A stretch of DNA of 63,066 bases, filler included, from Reticulomyxa filosa (lineage: Eukaryota > Protista > Foraminifera), in assembly GCA_000512085.1 (NCBI GenBank). It is 15 parts of 15 records of this genome, joined end to end, with 100 filler letters (N's around TTAATTAATTAA, not from the genome) between each part and the next. Parts side by side here need not be neighbours in the genome. Positions count along the whole stretch, not along the records: positions 1 to 5,548 come from ASPP01026603.1; positions 5,649 to 19,174 come from ASPP01007887.1; 13 more parts are not named here. One strand, 5' to 3'. Of this stretch, positions 1 to 10,523 are shown piece by piece; position 1 is the first letter of the stretch, and every line of letters begins with the position of its first letter. The notes beneath the pieces were generated by a model. It was not told the origin of the DNA. It did not search any database and was given only the letters and a program-made list of their open reading frames with translations. A program made the position numbers and the translations under genes.

Positions 1-100
1 CGTTGGGGCGGGGTCCTGTAACCTTCCATCGAAAAAAAAAAAAATTCATTTTAAATCTTGTGTGCCAACACAATGTTGTGATTTTTAAATCGATAATATA

Positions 101-703
101 CAGTATAATGCAAAGTAAAGTTGATGAATAAAACGGCACCTATAGATATGATTAATTTTCTTCATGAAAAGCCTAATTTAAAAAAAAAATTCGAACATTT
201 TATTAATTTTTGAAAATTTTCGAGAAAAAGTTGACAATCAACTTTTTTTAAAAACAATTTTCAGAAAGTGCTCAATGCGTATATATTTGTAAAAAAAGAT
301 TATTTTTATAAAAATTTTTTGCAGAATTTAATGTTATTTTCAAAGTTTGTGCATTGTAAAGTCATTATAGTTTTTGACTACTCTTTGCTTTCTATACTCA
401 TCATTGTTTTTTTTGCTTTGTCTAATGCCAAACAAGTCAAGTTAATTCAAAAGCATAAGAACTGAAAAATTGTTTTTGTAGTAAGATTTTTTTTAATGAA
501 AATTACAATTTGTTTAAATTACCTTTTGCATTGTATACTGATTGTATTCGATCTGTCATTGATTTTATTAAATTTGTGCATGTTCATTTGTCAATTTTTT
601 CACATTTTAATTCTAAAAAAATTAAGTCTGGATGTTTTTTCATGAAGAAAATCATCTCTGTAAGGTGCCGTTTTATGTGTCAACTTTACTTTGCATTCTA
701 CTT
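101..703 (-). mobile_element. Internally deleted Tc1/mariner-like element (MITE-sized) bounded by imperfect terminal inverted repeats
   Basis: TA|CAGTATAATGCAAAGTAAAGTTGATGAATAAAACGGCACC...TTTTCTTCATGAAAA at ~99-170 matches the reverse complement of ~636-703 (AAGTAGAATGCAAAGTAAAGTTGACACATAAAACGGCACC...TTTTCTTCATGAAAA). The minus strand at ~505-580 reads CTNLIKSMTDRIQSVYNAKG, like the Tc1 transposase C-terminus (L..SMP.R...V..AKG). Confidence 0.7.
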
Positions 704-1256
704 TACTTGTGATATAACTTCACATCTTCTTGTATTTATCATAATTCAATATGAAGAAGTTCTGAAATAGTACTTGTAAGTGATTAGTTTATGATGAAGT
801 AAGTATTATTCTGACTCCTTCACACCGTCCCAGTGCAAAAGCTTCAAAAAAAACGACTTTGTCTTTCGAAAGAATCTAGTTTTTATCTAATTTAATTTAT
901 TTTGTAATGTCTGCACCACTATATTAAGTTTTTCTATTTCTTTTTTCAAAGAATAGAACTACATCTTTTTCTGTTTGATTTCTTTTGATCTTGAAATTAT
1001 TTCTTTATTTTACATATCAATAGTTTCTTGTTTCGTAATCAAAAATGAAGCCGAATACTTCAATAGCTTAATATAATTTTCATCAGGTATGTTCGCGAAT
1101 TTCGTGATAATTTTATTCGTGTATTTATTGCTTATATTCAATTAAATTGAATCATAATTAGTTAAGAAAAAATTATTTGTACAGTGTCGAAAGACGAATG
1201 TAATTTTTTCAAAGAATAACAAAAAACAATGCCACTAAAGATGAACTATGACAAAA

Positions 1257-3574
1257 TTAAAGGTAGCAACTAGAGCCAATTCGTTGATGAAACTGATCGA
1301 GATATTGGTTGCTATTGAGGATCCTGTGCAGTGGGGGGTGGGGGAGATGGAGATTGCTGGCTGACTTGAGGATCTTGTGCAGTGGGAGGTGGGGGAGATG
1401 GAGATTGCGGACTGACAGGAGCTGAAGACGATTTTGGATCAATTTGATCTGCTTCAACCACTAAATCAACTGTATTGAGAACTTTACTAAGTGTTTTATT
1501 ATTCCCAGTAATCTCCGCTAATCTTGGGCTAAAGTTTATATTGCTCACTTTGCTTCTGATCGTGCTTCCCAATTTCTAAAAGACATGAACAAATGCTTAC
1601 ACTAAAACAAATTCGTGAACACAAGGCAACAAAAGTACATCGAGACAAAAACAAACCACTGAAATATCATCAAACTTTTGAAGTCTGTACGCATCAACAC
1701 AACGACATAACACAAAATTCTTTTTTTTTTTCCATTCCGTAACAATTTATTCACGCAAAAAAAAGGAATAAAGCAGTCAAAACTGAGTACTCCACAAAAT
1801 GCGATAGTCCTTGGGTAAGGGCCGTGAAGGTATGGGTTTGCCTTGTTTCCACAACGTATACTCATGACAATTGACCCCGAAGTCGCCTTGTCCATCGTCC
1901 CATCGATTTTTACGTTTTGGCAAACCGCAAAGCTGTTGCGCCGCTAAACGAAATAGCCAAATAAAAAGCCAGGCACAGCACCCGTAATACATGCACTTCT
2001 TGCACTTTCGACACTTTCCATTGTCTTTTTATGATTTTTTTAGCGCACACACGGTAAAGAGTAAGTAAAGAAAGGAAGATGGAAGAGGAAAAGGGGGCAA
2101 TTTCTGACAGAACTCACTTACTTTTTTGGTCGTTTGAGTCTTGTTGCGATGGAGGAGAGGAAGGATGTGCCAATAACCAAGCGCAGTGGAAGCGTGTCCA
2201 CATAAGCAAAAATTGCAAAATGAACCACGATTGAAATAAGCCAAATACAAAATTCAAGGTAAAAAAGCTCCAATAAATTCCTCGACCATAGGTTGAAATG
2301 ACCAACCACATAATGACACCAGCACCGGCCAATGAGCCCATGCCAAACAATAAGGTCAAACTGCTCACGCACCATGCAATGTTATGACAGCAATTACGAC
2401 AACAACTGCAACAATCTGTTGGTTTGTGTTTTTTTTCCCAGAGATACAGAAAAAACAAAAACACGACGTATAAAAAAGTCGGTCATTAACAAGAATGGTA
2501 TATATTTTCTTCTAACATTCAACACACGGACATCGAACGCAATAGCTCAACGTCGTTTGTGTGAGAGTGACAACAGCAGAAAAGGCAAAGGAAATCCCAT
2601 AGCGAAATCCTTCACTGCTGCTATGCGATTGAATACCTAACCAGTATTGCAGCACTACGGCTAACGTAAAGTTAATTGCTAACGAAGCAAAAAATAATCT
2701 TTTTTGATGTCTTTTGTGAAATGGATGACTGTCGTCGGCGAACCACGGTGAAAAGAGCTCGTGATTGTTGCGCAATCGAAACAACCAGTCTTTTTTATAG
2801 TCATTGTGCCAAATGCATTTGTCTTGGTATAAATCGCTTCGAATAACGAGTTGCACAAATGGTCGATTGTCGCCTGCACGCGAAAGTGTATTGCACGTTA
2901 ATCTTGCATTGTGTTGGAGACAAAAATACAGACACAGACACAAAGCAACAAATACCATATTGGATTTCGTCGGGATCAAATCCTCGCTGCTTCAACACAT
3001 CACTGTAACAACTCAATGAGGTGGCATCATACATCTCCTTCATACAATATTGTCGATAGAGTGGACACGGCGGCAATACGAACAACAGATAGGCTACAAA
3101 GGCGATTACACAAAATATGCACCAAACTATTTCGGACGCACTCCAGCCTCCGTTCAATTGCACGGTATTGCATTTTTCAATTCGAAGTTTCTTCGACCAT
3201 TTCGTACATCCTGTCTTCGGATTACTGTTCACTGTGTCCAGAGATTGGCAATACGAATAAGAGTAGCTTTGAGTCTGATAGCTCTTGCTTCGGAAAGCCC
3301 ATGTTGGGTTCGGCCCACTTCCGTCGATGTTGGCCGTAGTGTAAAAAGATATATATATATCTTCTGTCGTATGCTTATAAACTGGGTGAGACGAGTTATC
3401 TGAGGTGCCATGGAGCTTGTATTTTCCGTTTATTGATATCACATTGGCGTGTGACACACATATTTTGGAAGGAGCAGAGCTTTCACCGCTAGTCGCGAGT
3501 CCTTTAACAAACCATAAAACATATATAAAGGTAATAATACTCTTCAAAAGAGAGCCTGCATAATAGCCATACAT
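1257..3574 (-). CDS. Multi-exon, multi-pass membrane protein with signal-peptide-like N-terminus, small extracellular domain, several TM helices and Pro-rich tail
   Basis: Successive minus-strand ORFs (2801-3679, 2512-2979, 2114-2464, 1312-1572) carry hydrophobic segments and are separated by T-rich intron-like DNA. LRNNHELFSPWF...F.KR is loosely like the polycystin-type membrane region. Exact exon joins were not resolved. Confidence 0.55.
1316..1417 (-). repeat. 51-bp tandem duplication encoding QSPSPPPPTAQDPQ twice
   Basis: Two near-identical units (gaggatcctgtgcagtggggggtgggggagatggagattgc / gaggatcttgtgcagtgggaggtgggggagatggagattgc). Confidence 0.85.
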
Positions 3575-3954
3575 CCCAGTATACGTTGGGTAACGGAGAA
3601 AAAGAAACTTTGACCCTTTTTCTTTCCTTTTGGTGAGGTCGACTTTTTGACCGTAGCTTGACTCCCCTTTTACGTGCAAACACGTGCACTTTAACCAAAT
3701 TCCTTTGCTAGTTTGACATTAGTTTTTTGTCCATTATGGTCACTATTTTATTCTTGATGCTGAAAAATATGCCATCAAGCTGAAAATTTGATATGAGAGA
3801 AGTAAAGTATGAACAATAAATAACATCTATTTACGAACATATCGATTGTTCACACAAATTTATACAACAAGCAGCTGATATGCTTGACTTTAAGAATTGG
3901 AGAAAAAAATAAAAAAATACAATTTAATGGCAATATACTATCAACACTTTTATT

Positions 3955-4760
3955 TCAATTGCCATCCGTCGGTTTTTCTTGGTGTTCATTGTGATTGCTT
4001 GTTAATTCATTATGTCCGTCAGTAGTTTGATTATTTTCTTGATGTTCATACATGTTATCATTTTCTTCTTGATCAGTTTCAGCAATGTCTGACAAATCTG
4101 TAGAAAATGAATTTGGCCCAGGATCAGTGATATCGTCTGTTCTCATTGCATGAGAAGTGCTTTCATCATCTTTGGCTCCAATTTCGGGTAGTTCTTCAGG
4201 TTCAACGCCTTCTCTTTCTCCTTGCAAATGGTCAGTGCTCGATGCTATGTGAAAAAGAAAAGATATTTTCTGTGGATTTGAACAGATAAAAGAAAGGACA
4301 AAGAACATGTTGGAATGACACCGAGCTGCGGTGGCAACCTGGAAGACTCTCGAGCACGAGGATTGATATTGGCGTCGTCGACACTCCCCGGAGTTTGAGA
4401 AGATGGCATTTTTGCTGTCAGGATCACTGTGCAATTCCGTTTCCTTGAATATACAGCGAGGGAATTGTTTTGCGTCATCATTTTCAAACTTGTTTCAAAA
4501 TTTTGATTTACAACAATCTTAATGAGTACACCAAAGTATTGCAATCGAAGACCACAATAACGACAATGGCAATATCAATCGTGATTGATCCCGTTGAAGA
4601 GGTGTTTTTGGACGCTGAAATCATTGTTTGTGTTGTGCACACGAAGGAAAAGATGTTATTATTTTTGATGAAGTGCATTTTATGTCCAGAGAACAACGTA
4701 CTTCCTTTGTTGGATGGCATTAGTGTTGTTGTCAGTTGTGAAGTTGGTTTTTGTGTTAAT
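3955..4760 (-). pseudogene. Disrupted single-pass membrane protein gene (S/T-rich stalk, TM, acidic tail)
   Basis: SKNTSSTGSITIDIAIVVIVVF is followed by in-frame stops and then an acidic tail ORF (3955-4250). The 5' end abuts the Tc1-like TIR at 4790. Confidence 0.35.
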
Positions 4761-4789
4761 CAGTATATTGGGACTATTAAAGACAAATA

Positions 4790-5548
4790 CAATATATTGA
4801 AAAAAAAATTTACATACCTAAATGACACTATATGAAGAGAATCGATTTTCTCCATGAAAAATAAAGATTTAAACATAATTCTTTTGAAAAAAAATATATA
4901 CTAATATTGTAGTTTTTAAATATTAAATTTTTTTTTTGCTAATTTTCTTTATTGTTGATATTTTAATTACATTTCAAAATTTTGATATTTAAAATATTGA
5001 AACATTTGATTACTTTTAAGAAAAGAGTTGCTGTTGGTATTCTTGTTGGTGGAGCTATCTGTATCAAAGAAATTTAATATAAGTATAGCTTCGATTCTGT
5101 CTGTCGTCACATAAGTGTAATGGAACCGTAAAAAGAAAAGCTGGATCTGGCATGTCAGAGAAAATTCATCATGTCACAAAACTAAAAAAATAATGGATTG
5201 GTTTAAAGAAAATAATAAACTGATAAATTTTCCTCATAATTCACCAAACCTAAATTCAATTTGGATCATTTGGTGGATAATTAAAGTAAAATTATAAAGG
5301 CGAAAAAATTAACAATAAACAATAACTTTGTGAAAATTTTGAAAAAACTGACACTAAACTATGTCAAGCTCTAGTTGAACTAATGCCACAATGAAAATCA
5401 ACAAAATACTAAAAACATTACCAAAAAAAAATTTTTTAAATAAAAAAATATTTTTTAAAAAAATTTCAAATTTGTTAAAAATTACTAAAGATACAAGGCT
5501 AATCTTTTTTAAAAAGTATTTACGTAACTTGAAGATTCCTAAAATGAA
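4790..5548 (+). mobile_element. Degenerate Tc1/mariner (DDE) transposon remnant
   Basis: Degenerate copy of the same TIR begins at TA|CAAT (~4788-4860). Plus-strand fragments ILVGGAICIK (~5040), ENSSCHKTKKIMDWFKENNKLINFPHNSPNLNSI (~5160-5260; compare DNAPCH...WPPNSPDLNPIE) and KLCQALVELMP (~5357-5390). Confidence 0.8.
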
Positions 5549-5648
5549 NNNNNNNNNNNNNNNNNNNNNNNNNNNNNNNNNNNNNNNNNNNNTTAATTAA
5601 TTAANNNNNNNNNNNNNNNNNNNNNNNNNNNNNNNNNNNNNNNNNNNN
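5549..5648. other. Artificial contig spacer N44-TTAATTAATTAA-N44. Other copies at 19175, 30249, 33147, 34810, 39292, 43252, 46956, 49658, 50940, 52928, 57745, 59135 and 60888
   Basis: Identical 100-bp N/six-frame-stop linker repeated 14 times. Confidence 0.98.
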
Positions 5649-6400
5649 ACCGCCATTTTGCCATGGGAGATGTATTTGGACATTCGTCCCTAAGACTTAG
5701 GCTTTGTTTCCCTACTCTTGGCTTGAGTTCGCCAATGATGATAAGGGTATATTTATTTTTTTTTATGAATGTGCAATCAAATGGCAATGTATTAATAATG
5801 TGTAATATAATGAAATCGAGAATACACTCACCCGCATCATCTGTATTATAATCCAATCATGCAGGTTGATTTGTATTCCAACTCTTCCAATGATAATATA
5901 TTCAGTAATTTTCATAGCAAGTTGTAATTCTTGCTCAAATGCGGTCATATTGAATTCTGTTCCATTTTTGATATTATTGAAAGTTGCATAGTTGCTGCTC
6001 ATTAACATCAACCGCAAAATGAATGAATAATGTTCGGAAATTTCCAGAAAATGTATGTGCTAATACTTTTCTGAATAATGCATTCCTGGAACTTAATCGC
6101 TGATGTTGCTGATCTAAGTTCTTTGGATTTGATTGGAGTGACTACAATCGTTGGAACGTTGGAGCAAAGAAATTATTGTCGAATTTTTATATTCTTTTTC
6201 CATACGTTCTCAAATGTAATCTCATCAGTTTTCTTTTCTTCATTGTGTTGTACATTTAAACTTGACACAACAACTTGCAAGGTTGAATGAGACTGCTTTG
6301 CCTTCTTCACTTCTTCATTTATTAATCCGCCATCTGGTGCTTTCATTTTGTTGTGCTCCTTTTAATCTTGTTATTATCAATATCCATCTTATTTTGCTGC
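5649..6400 (-). mobile_element. Decayed APE-type endonuclease region of a non-LTR retrotransposon
   Basis: Minus strand reads FEQELQLAMKITEYIIIG..., then (frameshifted) NTNQPA*LDYNTDDAGECILDFII, matching the IIGGDFNA.HP.W....N..GE.L.DF motif of LINE endonucleases. Confidence 0.65.
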
Positions 6401-6699
6401 TTCGTCATTCCATAATTTCGTGAATTTGATAGTCTGGAATTTGCAATATCAACTCTATTTCCAATGCCACCATATATACCAGCAGCAAATGATTCACTAG
6501 ATGAGCGGGTTTCGGTTTTGCCATATGTTCAGTAGAAGTTACCCGACCCTCGTAGTTCTGCCAAACACAAAAGACTGGTATTTGCCTTGCTAATTTCCCG
6601 AAAGTGTCGGTAATCACAAGACAACAAATTGGAATCAAGTTATCCAAAAGAAAGAATAAGTGAAACAATCTGAAAAACCAAAGACAAGTCAACTTGGAA

Positions 6700-8807
6700 A
6701 TGAAGAACAAGAAAGAGGAAGGAAACAATTATATTCAACCTCCAAAACAAAATAAAATTAACCAATAAAGAAAAATGAACAATAGAAATCAAGCGATTGA
6801 GAAATCTATTAGATTAAAGGACATTGGGAATGAAAGAGTGGATATTGTGGCAAGATAGCAAGATTTAAAGCTGCAGTGGATTAACCTGAATTGTTCCGAA
6901 GACCAGATCGAACAGCTCCTTTTCTGAATTTCCATGGATTGAATCAATTCTTCACTGAAGAATGGAACAGATTTGCAGAATCTCCTCAGCCTCCAAAAAA
7001 CGTGGATGATAAGCATTATGAAATGGTTGAAGATGATATCAAATTTAAAGTTGTAACTATTAAAAAGACGTGGCAATGCAATGATTTAATCATTGGTATT
7101 CCTATTTGGATTGAGTTTTCAAATGGGAATATACCTATTGCTTGGAAAAAGGCAAACATTGTCCTAAGCCTGACAGAGATTATAGTCAGTACAAGAATTA
7201 TATGGTATTGCATTGTTAGTAGATTAATGTGGTGGTTGAATGACAGATAATTATCATATCAAACACAAACATGATTCCAATCGTGGTATAACACAGATGA
7301 TTTGTTACTGAGATTGAATGAGACTATCACAAATCATGCAGTGTTATTGGATATCTATGCAGTGTTTTGAGAAGTATTGAGATATATAATGAGAAATAAA
7401 TTTAATCAGATAGATTTACAGCTTTTGGAATGTTTGCTGATGACGTTGCACTTTGGACATCGATTTTTATAAGTGATGTCGATGAATAAATTGAAGATGT
7501 TACCTTGCATGCGGGTAAGATCACATTCACAAGATTCAATTGACATCTATTATATAAGACCATCGTTCGTCCGAGTCTCGGGTATGCATCTGCATTTTAG
7601 AATGATGCAGCAGACACTCGTAAGATACGATTGTAAAAGATACAAAAGTGTGTGATGACCATACTGCTTATGACACAGTCAACATTATTTCCCAGCTTCC
7701 TCTAAGACAAGAGATTTGAAGTTATATCACAAGTACATCAGATTGTCAGGTCGATTCAATGGTCATAATCTTGTGTTGGCATACAATATTTAGAATGAAT
7801 CAAGACCAAAGACTTATTTGAATTATATCTCATGGGCTGGTAAATTGTCGACATTATCTAGTAGATTAATCCATAAAGCTGATGCTGTAGTGCCGACATT
7901 CAAATTTAATCCCAATATTCCACCAACGCAAATTGCAATGATGCTACAATCAAATAAATCAATATTTTGTGATAGAAATCATCCAAGATCCATATTTGCT
8001 ACAATTGCTGGAGTTAGAATATCCAATTAATAGCATTACGACAAACATTAGATCAGAAATTGAAGCAATGAGAATTGCATTTGAATATGTGAGTAATAAT
8101 TACAGATCTCATTGTGGAATGTTGATTATTCTCACTAATTACAAGTTTGTGGTTAATTCGATATTCAGTAAATGGTATTCTGACATCTATAAATTGCCAA
8201 TCATTGATTGTTAGAAGATATTTAGATCATTAATAAATATAATTTTTAAAAATATATTGAATTAAAGGTCATTCTGGTATTCCTGGAAACGATAAAGTGG
8301 ATCTTGCAAATAATGCTCGTAAGAAAGCTCAGCAATTGCAACCAGATTTTATTCAATATCATAGATCAACTGCATTCCTGAACACATTACAATTTTAATC
8401 AACAAACAATATTCCAGATAGTTCAGTTTCATCATGGCAATATCAATTTGAAATATTTTGTGACAAAAGCAAATTATTTAGTGATCCCTTGTAAAATGAT
8501 TTCAAAGCTCTTCAAGGCATTTTGGGGAACATTTCACAGTTAGGTCTCCTCTGTGGAGCAGGCTAAAATTCTTCAAATACAAAGGGAATGTGAATATCGA
8601 TATACCTGATAGATAAATTCATCAAATTTCAGACAATATCAAACAAATGCTGCCATGATAATGTAGTGATACATGAGTCATAACTGACTCCAGAGTTGTA
8701 ATAACTCAACTCATCAAACACTCATTCTTTTTATTCTCAATTTTCTTATACGTTTAATTTAGCTTAGCTCTCTTTCTTGCATCTCTCTACAATAAAACAA
8801 AAAAAAA
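6700..8807 (+). mobile_element. Decayed non-LTR retrotransposon: reverse transcriptase and RNase H relics with A-rich tail
   Basis: WKKANIV..KPDRDYSQYKNY..IALLS (~7140-7220), FQSWYNTDDLLLRL (~7275), VLLDI (~7340), FADDVALW (7433-7456), RNase H-like SEIEAMRIAFEY...IILTNYKFVVNSI (~8050-8165) and *IKGHSGIPGNDKVD (~8258-8302). Many stops and frameshifts. AATAAAACAAAAAAAAA at ~8791-8807. Confidence 0.85.
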
Positions 8808-9002
8808 TTTAAAACAAAATTGAAAGCCTAAAAGCTTTTCTTGGTGTTTCCTGGCCTTAAGGAGCCGCTGCTGAGCCCTTCGAGTTTAGCAATCACCATA
8901 AGATTTTTTTTTTCTGGGCTGCGCTTCGTGCCAATTTCTCAAAGGCGTCGCACACTCTTTGTGCTAAGCAATGTTCGGCTTCTCACAAGCAAAATTTAAC
9001 TA

Positions 9003-9045
9003 CAGTAAGATAAAAAAGAAAGTTGACACCTAAAATGCCACCTGA
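9003..9045 (+). repeat. Solo copy of the Tc1-like TIR
   Basis: TA|CAGTAAGATAAAAAAGAAAGTTGACACCTAAAATGCCACC resembles the TIRs at 101 and 703. Confidence 0.55.
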
Positions 9046-10523
9046 ATAGCCAAAACTGTTTTCACAACAGTTGAATATCTTGACTCTTGTAATATTAATA
9101 ATATTAATATAATATTGAGGTACTGATATATTATGTATTGATAATTAAAAAAAGAAAAAGGAAAAATTTTTTTATTTTATTTTTTGTTAATTAATTATTG
9201 TTTTTGTTTTGTATATGTATTATATTATGTTTGAAATTTAAAATAGAGTTTTTAACTGTTATAGTCATAAGGTTTATTTAATTTTATTCTTTGAGATATA
9301 ATTGAAATTTTTTTCTAGAGAATATGTTGAATGTGTATGTTACAATGGAAACTACAGATAATTGTACTTTTTTAAATTTGAACGCAGCATACATTTTAAA
9401 ATGTCTTTTGAACATTAGCATATTTTAAAAATACTGTTTCTCCAATAACTCCTTTTTTTATTTTTTACAATTTTGTATTGAGTTTGTGATGCATCTGCGT
9501 CAACATTTGGATTTTTGATTATATCCATTTTTAGTTGAATCAACAGTTGTGGCCATATATTTGAATATTGAAAGTGATCAAAAAATTCAATTGACACTTT
9601 TATGACAGTCGATTTTTCTATTGTCAATTTCAGTGCCTCGTCTAATTATTCTAAGTTGCGAAGTTTTCGTAAGTCACGCTGTTGCTTTGTGGTTGTGTCT
9701 TCCAAATTTCATCTGTCATTACATCCAATATGGAATGATCTTATGTTCTTGACTCATCGCATTAGAACCGGCAATAGCGTCTTCTTTTTTCATAAAATTT
9801 AAATCAATATTGACACTTTTCAAAAATAAAAGCTCTGCAAATATTTCGAAAAAAATCATGTTCAAAGGAATTAACACAGCAGTCAGTTCTTGTTTGTTGT
9901 AGGCTGTTATCCGACTCGATTCGGAGACGAAGAGATATTGCTTGTTCTGTTGCAAATTACCAGTTCAATTGTCTGGGTCATCGGAATGATCTTCGTCGTC
10001 AGGAGTCTGTGAGTCCCCACTTTTCCAATTCGACCCCAACCTCATTCAACACGTCAACCAATTCGTAAGTGTGTCTTGCCAAAGTGGTATTAAAATATCG
10101 CATTCTGGTCGTTTCGATACTTCCCAATGTCTTTACTGCATGCATATTTTGTAACATGTTGACATTGCATCATTGCAGCACATATTATTTAAAAAAGAAT
10201 TTAGAAAAATATTAATTTTCGTGAATAAACTTATAAATGTGTACAGCGGTTCATTTTAGAGGAATTTTTTGCTGTCATCATTTTTGAAAACTTTAAGATG
10301 TCGATTTTTATGAAGAAGATGCAAATATTTGAAAGTGTCCATTTGAACTATATTTTGCATCACACAACGAATATGTAAACATAAGGGTATGATGCAATCA
10401 AACAAAATCATTGCAGAAATGTCAATCCGTTTACAATTGAAGAGACAAAAAGAAATAAATATCTGCATCAGTTGTCAAAGTCTTTACCAAATAAATTGAT
10501 GATATAGTCCGATCAACACTAAT

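Noticed and set aside
1-45. GC-rich 31-mer plus poly-A as a retroelement 3' end
   Set aside because: Too short and cut by the window edge.
9415-10470. Short minus-strand ORFs downstream of the PARP gene
   Set aside because: Fragmented, no identifiable domain, and not joinable to the PARP gene, which stops at 10524.
5649-10500. Alternative genetic code or readthrough to explain frequent in-frame stops
   Set aside because: Intact genes end in TGA (CRIPT), TAG (DSP, ALDH) and TAA (PPR). Stops co-occur with frameshifts in relics, which fits decay.
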